64,000 bases of DNA from Candidatus Bathyarchaeia archaeon (GCA_037481775.1 JBBFKZ010000001.1:179378-243377); one strand, 5' to 3'; positions 50,480 to 60,276 are shown, numbered from the stretch's first letter. Notes: a model not told the origin generated them from the letters alone. Translations and numbers: made by a program.

Positions 50480-51307
50480 GACTTCAAAGTAAGTGGAGGA
50501 GTCAACATGGACTTCAAGCTTGCCGTTTGTTCCTTCTTTAACTTTTGCGTTAACCAACTGTAAATTCACATTTACTTTCAATGTTTTTTCCAGTTCTTCT
50601 GCTTTTGCGTTCCAAGCGACAACAGATACCTCGCCAGTTTCGTCTGCCAGCGTAAAGCGCATCACTGTTCCTTCGCTCATGTCACTTCTTGAAAACTTGG
50701 AAGTAGGAAACAACTCTTTAACTGTGCCCAGAAGATGAATATCCTTATGCGCTCTGCTTATCTTGCTTATTTTTGTAGCAAACTTGGCGATAAAAGGGTA
50801 ATCCTCCGCCCTTACGCCTTCTGGTTCAATTTCGATTCGGCTTTTATTGCCAACATGTAACTCCACCTTGCCCTTGCGGTCTTCCTTGGTATATCCGTGA
50901 AGAAAACGAACAATTTGCCCAGCTTTAAGTGCGCCTTTTTCCACTACCTCGGCTTTATCATTCCATAAAATAACACGCAGTGTAGAGTCTTTATCAGCAA
51001 TAATTAAGCTTGCAAATTTTCCCGGCGTCTCTCCCTCAAAGCTTCGTGAAGGATAAACTGCAACCACACGGCCTGTTATTGTAACGTCATTTAATCCTGG
51101 AACCAAGTGGCGTATGTGTAATCTCTCATGAACGTGATCTTTCAGAATTTCCACTTTGTATCTTGCGGCAATTAAACGGAGAAGAGTCTCATCTGCTATA
51201 AGCCCACTAGTTTTACTTTTCTCCGCTTTCAAGTTTTCAAGAATTTGGTTTCGGCTGAGTTCTGGATGTTTAGATAGAATTTGAGTGATTATCTCTTCAG
51301 CGGACAT
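50459..51307 (-). CDS. OB-fold ssDNA-binding protein (RPA-like, two OB folds)
   Basis: Two repeats of V...ADxxGx(L/V)xVxxW...LEVHV plus an N-terminal helical domain. Confidence 0.85.
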   Translation of the reverse strand: MSAEEIITQILSKHPELSRNQILENLKAEKSKTSGLIADETLLRLIAARYKVEILKDHVHERLHIRHLVPGLNDVTITGRVVAVYPSRSFEGETPGKFASLIIADKDSTLRVILWNDKAEVVEKGALKAGQIVRFLHGYTKEDRKGKVELHVGNKSRIEIEPEGVRAEDYPFIAKFATKISKISRAHKDIHLLGTVKELFPTSKFSRSDMSEGTVMRFTLADETGEVSVVAWNAKAEELEKTLKVNVNLQLVNAKVKEGTNGKLEVHVDSSTYFEVLERPNF

Positions 51308-51438
51308 GTTTTGATGTCAGAACGGATAAAAGCGCCTAATCCATTTTAAAGTTTCTGTGATAGTTTCCGATCATACGATTCGGCTAAGTTTATTAAAAAC
51401 GTCCTTTCCCCTCTTAAGATGAAGTTGGGCGAAAGAAA

Positions 51439-51702
51439 GTGTTAGACTCCACGTCTCTTTACGCGCTTGGCATAACAATGGTTTTCGTCGGTATAATGAT
51501 TATAGTAGTCACCCTGATTTTGCTAGCTCTTTCAAGTGCCAAAACAGGAAAAGTCAAAGGCGGAGGCGCGGTGATAATTGGTCCTGTTCCAATAATCTTC
51601 GGAACAGACAAGAAATCACTTAAAACTGTCTTGTTGCTTTCCCTGGCGCTTACTGCCATGCTTATTGCCTTACTGATTCTGCAGCATTTGTTACCGAAGT
51701 AA
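51439..51702 (+). CDS. DUF131 family membrane protein
   Basis: GGGAVIIGPVPIIFGTD motif between TM helices. Confidence 0.88.
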   Translation: MLDSTSLYALGITMVFVGIMIIVVTLILLALSSAKTGKVKGGGAVIIGPVPIIFGTDKKSLKTVLLLSLALTAMLIALLILQHLLPK

Positions 51703-51718
51703 AAAGGAGGCGCAATGA

Positions 51719-52024
51719 GTGATGGCTAATGAAGAAAACCAAGAAACCTTTGAGGAAGGGACACCTATATCTAATAAAATCTTTTTGTTTTTGATTATAG
51801 GCATAGCTACAGTCGTAGTTGGTATGATAATGATTTTTATAGCTGCGGTTCTCTACGACGGGGGTTCCGCAAGTGCAGGCGCAGTTATTTTCATTGGTCC
51901 ATTTCCAATAATAATCGGTGTAGGTCCCGATGCTCCTCTGATAGTTTTATTCAGCATAATCATCGCTATTCTAAGCATTGCGATGTTTTTAGTTATTAAT
52001 AAAAAACTAAAGTTTAGTGGCTAG
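51719..52024 (+). CDS. DUF131 family membrane protein (paralog)
   Basis: AGAVIFIGPFPIIIG motif between TM helices. Confidence 0.82.
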   Translation: MMANEENQETFEEGTPISNKIFLFLIIGIATVVVGMIMIFIAAVLYDGGSASAGAVIFIGPFPIIIGVGPDAPLIVLFSIIIAILSIAMFLVINKKLKFSG

Positions 52025-52149
52025 CTTTCATCGCTTGCTTGCTCTTCTTCTTTACCATAGTATGAATACAAGAATATTAGCAGTAAAGCGACAAAAGTGG
52101 ATGCCATGATGATATACTCCAAAGTCAGGAAATACGCGCTTAAATCCAT
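52021..52149 (-). CDS. 42-aa single-TM microprotein (not in the ORF track)
   Basis: MDLSAYFLTLEYIIMASTFVALLLIFLYSYYGKEEEQASDES*. GGAGA RBS-like sequence and TTTAAATA TATA-like box upstream. Confidence 0.6.
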   Translation of the reverse strand: MDLSAYFLTLEYIIMASTFVALLLIFLYSYYGKEEEQASDES

Positions 52150-52253
52150 AGGTGATTCTCCGTCTCTCGCTTATTCAGTCAACGTTTTAATATTTAAACA
52201 GTAGCCCTCCCTAACCCCGCTGAGTTACTTGCCTACTGTCTTAAGTGCGTTGT

Positions 52254-54524
52254 TTAGCTGATGATCTCGTAGCCAACTTTGCCTTCTTTGGTTTTTTTAG
52301 GCACAGTCATGATGAACTTGGCGCCTTGCCCTTCTCTGCCAGTTTCCACTATTGCCCAACCATAAGCTTCACATATCTTTTTTATCAAATAAAGGCCGTA
52401 ACCCGTACCTTTTCCGTAGCCTTCTTGGAAAAGATGTTTCTTAAAGTTTTCAGGTATTCCTACCCCATCGTCTTCGTAGATGAGTTTAAGCTGATTTTCT
52501 TCTTCTTCGTAGTAAACTCTGATTCTGCAGGTTTTTTGGCCATACTTCAGCGTATTATCGATTAAATTATAGAACATTTGCCGCAGCAAAGAATCGGCAA
52601 GAACCATTAGTCCATGGCACTCGTTAATAAGCTTCACGCCTTTTAAATCCGAAAAAAGAAACGCTGCTTCGTTAACATGCCTTTCCACGTCAACGTATGA
52701 AAGTTCTTCCACGCCAACTTGCACGTAAACTTTTTCAAAGTCAATAATTCGCAGTATTTGCTGAGATATTAACTCTAACTCCTCCAACTGTTGTGCAACT
52801 TCTGTTTTGTCGCTTATTCGTTTTTTCAGAATATGGATACATCCGTTCAAAGCAGAAAGCTTGTTCCGAATGTCATGTCGAGTTAAACTCTCGACTACGT
52901 GCAGTTTTTCATTAAGCTCCACCACTTTTTGTAGTGCCTCACTGATAACTTCTTGCATCCACTTTTGTTCAGTTATGTCAGTTGAAACTCCAATTGATCC
53001 AGTAACCTTCCCTTTGGCATCCTTAATTGGCGCGTATGTTACAATTATTGGAAAATTATTGCCAGCGCGTTTTTTGGCAATAAATTCGCCTGACCATTGT
53101 TCTCCTCTGGCTAATCGATCCATAATGTCTATTGCTTGCTCTTTTGATGCCTCTGCAGCAGTCACGTCTATAATGTTGCGACCTAGCGCTTCTGCCTCTT
53201 TCCACCCATAGAGTTGCTCGGCGCTCTTGTTCCAGTATATGATTTTTCCTTCTGTATCCGCTGCGATTATAGCTTGTCCTACGGAGTTAAGCAAATGTGC
53301 TTGTAAACGGTTTTTTTCAGCGGTTCTTTTGCTTTTTGTGATGTCTCGGAAGACACCCAAAAGCAGTTTTTTGCCACCTACTTCTATTAGATTAGCTTTT
53401 ATCGAAACATCTCTAATCTCTCCTGTCTTAGTGATAACTTGATCTTCTATTGTAAAACCGCCGGCGGTTTCGCGATGTTGTTCAAAAGTTTTACTAAACT
53501 TTCCATCAATCGATGATGGCGGGTGAAGGAAGCGTTGGTGCATGCCTATTATTTCCGATTTTGGTCTACCAACTAGCTCGGTTGCGGCGCGGTTGCAGTC
53601 AACAAGAATCCCTGTTTCGGCGTCAGCAACGAAAATGGCATCCATGCTTTCTTCAAATAAGGTTCTGTATTTTTCTTCTGATTCTTTTAAGGCGTGTTCA
53701 ATTCTTTTCTGTTCAGTAATATCGCGAGCAGTAATCAGTATGCCCGTGACCTGGTTGTCTTCACTTGTTAAAACCCTTGATGTCCCCTCCATGAGCACGT
53801 AGTTTCCGTCAGCATTCTTACATCGAAGTTCAAGTTTTCCTCCTGAACGATCCATGAACACTTTTTCTATGGCATTCAATACAGCTGGCAAATCGTCTGG
53901 ATGAATAAATTCGGAAATGGATCTTCCTACTATTTCGTTTGGTTCATAACCTAAAACCCATTTGTGCGATGCACTGGCATAAGTAATTACCAAATTTTTG
54001 TCAACTAATAATAGTGTCTCCTGTATGTTCTCAGTGATCAAGTGGAGACGATTTTCAGCTTCCCGCAAAAGTTTTCCAGTTCTCTGTTCCCTAACCGCAT
54101 TATAGATGCTTCTTTTCAATTCAGCATACGTTGCTTCAGCAGATCCTTCATTTCTAATATATCGATATACTCCAGAATTCAAAGCTTCAATAGCAATTTC
54201 TTCTTTAGCTTTACATGTGAACAATATAAATGGAATAGCGTTTCCTTTTTGTCTTAACTCTTTTAAAAGTTCTAAACCGTTTTTCTCTGGCATCCTATAA
54301 TCAGCAACGACCACGTCATATTCCATGTTTCTTAACTTTCTAAGCGCTTCTCTAGCAGACGAGGCTACATCGACAAGTAAGTTCGGTTCTTCTAGAAATT
54401 GCTTTGCAACAACCAAAAAACCTCTATCGTCACACACATGCAGTACTCTTATTGGTTTTTCTTTACAGAGATTTACATATACTTCACTTGTTGGCGCAAC
54501 GGCGACTTTAGTCATCCAAATCAA
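52254..54524 (-). CDS. Cytoplasmic hybrid sensor kinase: REC-PAS-PAS-PAS-HisKA-HATPase
   Basis: REC (ADYRMP), three PAS/PAC domains, H-box TRHDIRN, N-box IDNTLK, G1 DDGVG and G2 GTGYGL. Confidence 0.93.
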   Translation of the reverse strand: MIWMTKVAVAPTSEVYVNLCKEKPIRVLHVCDDRGFLVVAKQFLEEPNLLVDVASSAREALRKLRNMEYDVVVADYRMPEKNGLELLKELRQKGNAIPFILFTCKAKEEIAIEALNSGVYRYIRNEGSAEATYAELKRSIYNAVREQRTGKLLREAENRLHLITENIQETLLLVDKNLVITYASASHKWVLGYEPNEIVGRSISEFIHPDDLPAVLNAIEKVFMDRSGGKLELRCKNADGNYVLMEGTSRVLTSEDNQVTGILITARDITEQKRIEHALKESEEKYRTLFEESMDAIFVADAETGILVDCNRAATELVGRPKSEIIGMHQRFLHPPSSIDGKFSKTFEQHRETAGGFTIEDQVITKTGEIRDVSIKANLIEVGGKKLLLGVFRDITKSKRTAEKNRLQAHLLNSVGQAIIAADTEGKIIYWNKSAEQLYGWKEAEALGRNIIDVTAAEASKEQAIDIMDRLARGEQWSGEFIAKKRAGNNFPIIVTYAPIKDAKGKVTGSIGVSTDITEQKWMQEVISEALQKVVELNEKLHVVESLTRHDIRNKLSALNGCIHILKKRISDKTEVAQQLEELELISQQILRIIDFEKVYVQVGVEELSYVDVERHVNEAAFLFSDLKGVKLINECHGLMVLADSLLRQMFYNLIDNTLKYGQKTCRIRVYYEEEENQLKLIYEDDGVGIPENFKKHLFQEGYGKGTGYGLYLIKKICEAYGWAIVETGREGQGAKFIMTVPKKTKEGKVGYEIIS

Positions 54525-54694
54525 CTGTGACTATTCCATTGCGATTAGGCTGCAAAGATTAAATTGGTTATGAATTAGCTGTATGAATTAGTATTCACAA
54601 GTAATAAGACAAACCGATCAAGCTAGCTGTGGCTGAACATGCTTGGATAATGGTTTATATTAATCGCTGTTTAAACCTACACTTGATTAACTCT

Positions 54695-55234
54695 ATGAGC
54701 AATAGGCGTATTCTCTTTTACGAGTTGGCTGGCGTCGTTTTCATAATTATCTTTGGAAGCATGTTACATTTTACTTTTGAGTGGTCTAGTCGGCAAATAA
54801 TTGTTGGAATTTTTTCAGCAGTTAACGAAAGCGTATGGGAACACTTGAAACTTGGTTTCTGGCCTGCCATAACCTTTGCACTTATCGAATTCAAATATCT
54901 GCGGAAGTTGGCTAACAATTTTCTACTGGCAAAAGCGGTTGGCATCTATCTAATTCCTGCAATAATTATAGTTATCTTCTATTCCTATACAGCTATTCTC
55001 GGAGAAAGCATATTGGCCATAGACATTATCACGTTCATCATAGCCGTAATCGTTGGCCAAGCAGTAAGCTACAAATTATTGACTGGAAAAATATTGCCGC
55101 CAAAACTAGCTTTGATCTCATTGATCGCTTTGTTCCTATTGGGTCTCGCCTTTCTGCTCTTCACTTTTTACCCGCCGGTGTTTCCGTTGTTTCAGGATCC
55201 AATAACAGGGAAATATGGAATCGTTAGCCATTAA
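54695..55234 (+). CDS. Integral membrane protein (DUF6512-like)
   Basis: LHF...VNESVWEHLKL motif, about 5 TM helices and C-terminal FQDP. Confidence 0.75.
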   Translation: MSNRRILFYELAGVVFIIIFGSMLHFTFEWSSRQIIVGIFSAVNESVWEHLKLGFWPAITFALIEFKYLRKLANNFLLAKAVGIYLIPAIIIVIFYSYTAILGESILAIDIITFIIAVIVGQAVSYKLLTGKILPPKLALISLIALFLLGLAFLLFTFYPPVFPLFQDPITGKYGIVSH

Positions 55235-55263
55235 ATCTGCACGCGTGTATAGGTGTGAGTGCT

Positions 55264-55608
55264 ATGCGTATGTGGATGGTTGACCCGAAAATCATGTGCA
55301 CGAACCATTTGCTGGGAGAGCATTCAGAAATACACTTGTTTGTTTGGAACATCGATGCGGGTCACTCGGTTAAGGGTTATATAGACAAGGGATTACTTGA
55401 AATTCACAACTTGTACCATCGCCATGAAGAACTCGCTCAAGAATTAAGAAGGAGAGGGTATCAGCATAATTCTGAACTGAATACAAAATGGCGGTTGGCA
55501 AAGAATGCAGGTTCAGTAGATAAGCGTCAGAGCCTTAAAGAGCTTATCCGCAGGTGCGCAAAATGCAGGGAAAGATACTGCTTGTTTGGAGCTGAAAGCA
55601 AACGTTGA
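55264..55608 (+). CDS. Pyrimidine-dimer DNA glycosylase (T4 endonuclease V family)-like protein
   Basis: MRMW...HLLGEHSEIH and ELRRRGYQH, the family N-terminal and E-x3-RG motifs. Confidence 0.75.
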   Translation: MRMWMVDPKIMCTNHLLGEHSEIHLFVWNIDAGHSVKGYIDKGLLEIHNLYHRHEELAQELRRRGYQHNSELNTKWRLAKNAGSVDKRQSLKELIRRCAKCRERYCLFGAESKR

Positions 55609-55733
55609 TGTTGCATCATTTCTTGGTGTTTCATCCGTGTAATCGCTTATTCAATAAACCTAAAAAGACAATTGTGTTTAACTCAGATTCAGTTTTCGAG
55701 TTCATAATGGTTATTAAAGCGGATTATTAAAAA

Positions 55734-56486
55734 GTGGTGAAGGTGTTGCTATTGACAGAAACAGTAAAACCTGAACCAGCAGTCATCACAACTGAGACTC
55801 CTAACATAAAAGAAAATATTGCCAAGAGAAAAACCATTGTTTATCAAGCACCTATTGATCCAACTGTGATAAGAGTTTCTGGTGAGAAACTAAAGCTGAG
55901 CCTTTTCGCAAAATTTGGTTTATTCAAACCTAAACCAGAAGAAATACAATTTGTTTCAATAGAAAAATATTACGAACCTTACATGGTGATTAGTGGCAGA
56001 TACTTCCTTGATTACTATCGCAAATGCACGTACACCTTCAGAGTTGACGATGCAGTCAAAGAAGTTGTTCTTTTAGGTAACAAATTCATACCTGAAGAAT
56101 CAAACGCTGGTAGAAACTCCGGATTTGTTAAAGTTAATGGCGAAGAGCGATTAAATAACGAAACAAAAGTTTTCTTAGTTTTAGACAAAAATGGTCGAGA
56201 CACCATGCTTAACAAGCTTCCATCTGCACCTGCCGAGAAAAACCCAAGCAAAATACTCAAGGAATTTGGAATAGAAGAATTTGCCGAAAATGCAGACATA
56301 AACATTGTCAGAGAAAGAATAGCAAAACGCCCAGCCGACTTAAGCAGGATAATAGAAGAAGTGTTTGAAATAAATGAACGCTCAGTGATCTACACGCCTA
56401 GGTTCAAGCTGTTGTTCAGAAATGTGAAAACTGGTGAAGAGAAAACATTAGTGTTGGACGGTGTTACATCAGAAAAAATAGGCTAG
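55734..56486 (+). CDS. Hypothetical protein
   Basis: 250-aa ORF with YEPY, YTP and C-terminal DGVT; no family recognised. Confidence 0.7.
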   Translation: MVKVLLLTETVKPEPAVITTETPNIKENIAKRKTIVYQAPIDPTVIRVSGEKLKLSLFAKFGLFKPKPEEIQFVSIEKYYEPYMVISGRYFLDYYRKCTYTFRVDDAVKEVVLLGNKFIPEESNAGRNSGFVKVNGEERLNNETKVFLVLDKNGRDTMLNKLPSAPAEKNPSKILKEFGIEEFAENADINIVRERIAKRPADLSRIIEEVFEINERSVIYTPRFKLLFRNVKTGEEKTLVLDGVTSEKIG

Positions 56487-56631
56487 TATAAACGCATCTG
56501 AATCGCGTTAACACGGAAAAAGACAGTATTAATTCAGCAATTCAATAAGTGAAATCGGAAATAGTAACTATAAAGCCATAGCGCTCACTTTTTCTAACCA
56601 CTCTAACTCTGATAAGCATAACCTGGCTCAT

Positions 56632-57570
56632 TTAGCACGCTGAATTTTTCGTTTTCCTTTTAAAGTAAACAACTAAACCTGTGGCAAAAGCCATAGCCAA
56701 AGCAATGATTAAAATGGCAAGCAAAAATGGCATAATAGCAAACTGTTGATCCGGAAGTGTTGGGGGTAAAACGGATTTGAAATTTGGAATTGATATTGGC
56801 TTCACCAAAGGGTGATAGTCTTGAAATGTTCGTCTTTCAAAGCCGCTAGAATCCGTGATAACATAAGGCGTATCCCAAGCTTCTGCAGAATCAGCTTTAG
56901 AGGCGTTCGGATACCTCTCTAAATAGTCGCTCCAGTAGTTTCTGTCAAACGTTTCAATTCCGCTAATTGCTAAATGAGCACCAAAAACAATGTTATTTTC
57001 AACTACGAAATTATTGCTAACGGCAAAATGCATGTATATGGCAGGTGAACCGCCAATAGTGCAGCGGGTAATGTTGTTGCCTGTGTTTCCCCAGAGCGCT
57101 ATACCCAAACTTTCCCATGTGAAACCGCCTGTTCCATTGCGGCTTACAAAATCGTTTGAGATATAATTCCCATGGAAGGTGTGGTTTCCCCCGAATTTAC
57201 ATTCTATGCCTATGTGGAAATTTGTTATTCTCAAGTTCATTACCGTTACATTCCAAACGTCAAGTTCAGAAGGGTGTTTGTTTGCTTCACTTGATATTTC
57301 GATTCCTGTTCCATTATTGGCGTTAAGCGTGAAACCTGCGCCGTCAATTGTGATGTTGCTTTTTTGGACTTTAATGTTGCCTGAAACATTGCCAGTGAAA
57401 AGGTAAACGTCTCCGGCACGCTGAATTTTGTCCGTTCCTGCGAGGCTTCCATCATTTTCGATAATGATAGTTGCGTGATTCTGAGCAACTGCAAAATCAA
57501 TTATCTGAAAACCAAATGTAATAAACGCCAACAGAAGCATCAACGCAAGCACTGCCGCTGGTTGCCTCAT
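56632..57570 (-). CDS. Secreted beta-helix (NosD-like) protein with C-terminal membrane anchor
   Basis: Signal peptide; IDGAGFTL, NYWSDY and DTPY..DYHPL; C-terminal TM followed by YFKRK. Confidence 0.85.
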   Translation of the reverse strand: MRQPAAVLALMLLLAFITFGFQIIDFAVAQNHATIIIENDGSLAGTDKIQRAGDVYLFTGNVSGNIKVQKSNITIDGAGFTLNANNGTGIEISSEANKHPSELDVWNVTVMNLRITNFHIGIECKFGGNHTFHGNYISNDFVSRNGTGGFTWESLGIALWGNTGNNITRCTIGGSPAIYMHFAVSNNFVVENNIVFGAHLAISGIETFDRNYWSDYLERYPNASKADSAEAWDTPYVITDSSGFERRTFQDYHPLVKPISIPNFKSVLPPTLPDQQFAIMPFLLAILIIALAMAFATGLVVYFKRKTKNSAC

Positions 57571-57602
57571 GGCAAAATCCCAATTATCATAATGTCAAAG
57601 CA

Positions 57603-57648
57603 GATACTTAACTCTCCTCAGAGAACAGATTGTTCTCGCTGAGGAACA
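57603..57648 (-). promoter_or_regulatory. Shared promoter/operator element, copy 1
   Basis: Perfect palindrome GAGAACA-GAT-TGTTCTC (57621-57637); second GAACA 21 bp away; TATA-like TTAAGTA on the minus strand about 35 nt before the ATG. Confidence 0.7.
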
Positions 57649-57725
57649 CTAATTCTAATAGCATGCTGTTATTTTGTGAATGCACGTTTCTTTCGCTAAG
57701 TTTTCTGAAAAAGTTTGTGCTGTGA

Positions 57726-57798
57726 AGCTGGGGATGGGAATTGAACCCACATAGAGCAGCTCTGCAGGCTGCCGCCTGAACCGTTCGGCCACCCCAGC
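57726..57798 (-). tRNA. tRNA-Cys(GCA)
   Basis: GCTGGGG acceptor stem, anticodon arm GCAGC-CTGCAGA-GCTGC, T-loop GTTCAAT and U73 discriminator. No intron. Confidence 0.96.
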
Positions 57799-57873
57799 AA
57801 GCTGATTCTAGGCTTGAGACTCAAATAAAAATATTGTTGAATGGGTAGAAAAATTTTGGGCTACTTAGTTATT

Positions 57874-59046
57874 TTAGCCCACACAAAAACCGAACTTTTC
57901 AATGCTGGACGGAAGTATCTTTTCTTCTATCAGCAGCTCCCGTAGGCATACTGGATCTGTTTCCAAGTAGTCGCCTGTGCAAGCGTAGGCTCTTCCTCTG
58001 CAGCCACCACATGTTGCACGGTATTCGCATGCACCGCATTCCCCTTTGAGCAAACTGCGTTTCCTAAGTTCCCTGAGAACTTCAGAGTTATACCAGATGT
58101 CTGCGAGGCTTTGCTTACGGATGTTGCCGACCTTCACGGGCAGAAAAGTGCAGGGATAAACATCTCCGTTGGGTCTTAGGCTGAAATAGAATATGCCTGC
58201 ATGGCATCCGACGCTGGCGTCAATCCAGAACTGCTTAAGCAGCAGATCCTTCGGTTTAGTGCCATTTGCTCGATGCATTTCTGACACGATTTCCGGGTAA
58301 AGCGGAAGCCCGCCTGACATCGTAAAAACCATTTCCTGCGTTTCTTGAACATGCTGCAGATACCTTATTAGGCTGGCTCGTTGTGTTTGATCCATGACTT
58401 GATCCATGACGGCTTTTCCGCGTCCTACAGGAACCAAGTCGTAAACTGCAACTTGATCGGCACCTAACTTGGCTACAAGCTCTATTCTCTTCGGGATGTC
58501 ACTGTAGTTGTCTTTCATCGCCATAGTAGTGATCACGACTTCCAAGTCAACATCCAAACAGGCTTCGATTGCATGAACCGCTTTTTCAAAGGTGCCTGGT
58601 ACGTTTCTAAGTTTATCGTGGCATTCAGGGTTTGACGAGTCAATCGGGATACCTACAGCCATGATTCCAGCTTCCTTGAGCTGCACTGCCGCTTTGTGGT
58701 TGAGTAGTATGCCATTTGTCAGCAATGCCGGTATAATGCCTACGTCAACGCAGTGCTCTGCAAGTGCCAAAATAAAGTCTTTCCTAAGCAGCGGCTCCCC
58801 ACCACTGAATATTAGGGCTTTAGTTCCAAGGCTCGCCATCTCCTCTATCGCCCGCATCGCTTCTCCTAAACTAAGCTCGTCTGCTAATGCCTCTCGTGCT
58901 TCAACATGGCAGTGCAAACATCTAAGGTTGCAGGCTTTAGTTACAGCGTAAGATACGATTAGCGGCGTGTTTTGTTCTCCCTTTAGACCCTTACCTAAAA
59001 GCTTTTGGCGAAGCAGCAATTCTATCAGTTTAAGCCCAATTCCCAT
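57874..59046 (-). CDS. Radical SAM / SPASM protein (AhbC/AhbD/NirJ-like)
   Basis: CNLRCLHC, SGGEP, GC...GDVYPC and CGACEYRATCGGCRGRA...DPVC. Confidence 0.92.
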   Translation of the reverse strand: MGIGLKLIELLLRQKLLGKGLKGEQNTPLIVSYAVTKACNLRCLHCHVEAREALADELSLGEAMRAIEEMASLGTKALIFSGGEPLLRKDFILALAEHCVDVGIIPALLTNGILLNHKAAVQLKEAGIMAVGIPIDSSNPECHDKLRNVPGTFEKAVHAIEACLDVDLEVVITTMAMKDNYSDIPKRIELVAKLGADQVAVYDLVPVGRGKAVMDQVMDQTQRASLIRYLQHVQETQEMVFTMSGGLPLYPEIVSEMHRANGTKPKDLLLKQFWIDASVGCHAGIFYFSLRPNGDVYPCTFLPVKVGNIRKQSLADIWYNSEVLRELRKRSLLKGECGACEYRATCGGCRGRAYACTGDYLETDPVCLRELLIEEKILPSSIEKFGFCVG

Positions 59047-59109
59047 TCTATGTAATGCTCCTTCTATTGCTTACCCTGTTCGAGCTTTAGCCGGGTTTGG
59101 CGCTTGAAT

Positions 59110-60063
59110 TCAGGATTTTGAGTGGATCATCCACGTTTGGATAGCTCTTCGCAGAATCCATGCCACAGCGAAGATAACTGATACAGCAATTACTGCAATT
59201 AGCAGATTAGGTCCAATGTCTACTTGAGCTGTAACCGTTTGCGTTTCCGGTGCCAGGTCGCTTATTTGAATTTCATCAATAGTGACGACCGCATCGTGTC
59301 CAAAATAGACTTCTGTCCCATTTATTATCTTGCCCTTTGGGTTTTGTGTTCCGTATATTGCTTTAACAGGCTGCTCGACGCCATTCACGTACAAGTGCAT
59401 GCCCGTGGCGAGGTCACGCTTAAAGGCCACATGTATCCACTCATTTAGAGGAACAACAGGCTCCGTGGTCACGATCTCGTTGAAGCCGTCGGTGTCGGTG
59501 TAAACGTAACCACTGAGCGCTCCTGCAGCCACAGCATAGCCATTCTGAGGTAAGCCTGCCTTTACGGCAATGCCATAGATTCTGGTGACGTTTTCTGTAG
59601 AGGCGTCGGTGCGTGTGCATTTTATTACGATGTTGTTATAGGTTACGTTTTTGAAATCTTGCATGTTTATCCAAGCTTCAATTTTGATTTCCTTCTGGAT
59701 GTCGAGGCTTGTGGAAATGGGTATGTATATGGGCTGAGGTGAAGGCGGAAAGCCTACCAAAAATCGAATAGGCACATACACCCCATTGTTTCCATCGAAA
59801 CTCATGGCCTTGTTAAATTTGCCTTCAACCAGCAGCGGCGCTTTAGGTGTTGCTACCAAAATTCCTGGATTTTGACCTATGGCATCGGGTGTTACTTCTT
59901 TATAGCCGTCTGGCAAAACTTCATCTAGATGCCACAAACTAACAGTGTAAGCTGCTCCTGTATTAAGTGCCTCTACGGCTGCTGTGAATCCTGTGCTTAA
60001 GACGCCTATAAGAATCAGCGTAAGCATTGTCTTTGTTGACTTCTTACTTTCTCTCTTTATCAT
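59110..60063 (-). CDS. Secreted LamG-like jellyroll protein with C-terminal TM anchor
   Basis: Signal peptide; WHLDE, GKFNKAMSFDG, WIHVA, LYVNG and IDEIQI; C-terminal TM. Confidence 0.85.
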   Translation of the reverse strand: MIKRESKKSTKTMLTLILIGVLSTGFTAAVEALNTGAAYTVSLWHLDEVLPDGYKEVTPDAIGQNPGILVATPKAPLLVEGKFNKAMSFDGNNGVYVPIRFLVGFPPSPQPIYIPISTSLDIQKEIKIEAWINMQDFKNVTYNNIVIKCTRTDASTENVTRIYGIAVKAGLPQNGYAVAAGALSGYVYTDTDGFNEIVTTEPVVPLNEWIHVAFKRDLATGMHLYVNGVEQPVKAIYGTQNPKGKIINGTEVYFGHDAVVTIDEIQISDLAPETQTVTAQVDIGPNLLIAVIAVSVIFAVAWILRRAIQTWMIHSKS

Positions 60064-60230
60064 TTAATTCCTCCGTGTTGCGCGTGTGATTTGCGGTAAT
60101 TGTGACTAGTTAAAGTTGTTTCAAAATAATTGCCTATCGCTGTCAAAAATAAGATTGGCAATGGCGAAGCCTTGAATAAACAAACATCGAGCTCCATACA
60201 ATCATCTCATTTTTACCCAATATAACAAGT

Positions 60231-60276
60231 GATTTATTACTCTTCTTAGGGAACACACTGTTCTTACAGAAGAACA
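60231..60276 (-). promoter_or_regulatory. Shared promoter/operator element, copy 2
   Basis: GAACA-CAC-TGTTC (60251-60263) plus GAACA at +21; 33/46 ungapped identity to 57603-57648. Confidence 0.7.

Noticed and set aside
57621-57637. LexA (Cheo) SOS box
   Set aside because: The Cheo box is GAAC-N4-GTTC; here the spacer is N5, the host is archaeal and the adjacent genes are not repair genes.
52021-57798. Integrated element at the 3' end of tRNA-Cys
   Set aside because: The genes look accessory, but I found no duplicated tRNA 3' end (att site) and no integrase.
57874-59046. RiPP cluster around the radical SAM/SPASM gene
   Set aside because: No precursor peptide, PqqD/RRE domain, peptidase or exporter is adjacent.
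60060-60197. About 45-codon minus-strand ORF between element copy 2 and the LamG gene
   Set aside because: No recognisable features; it may be untranslated leader or a gene remnant, and cannot be supported.
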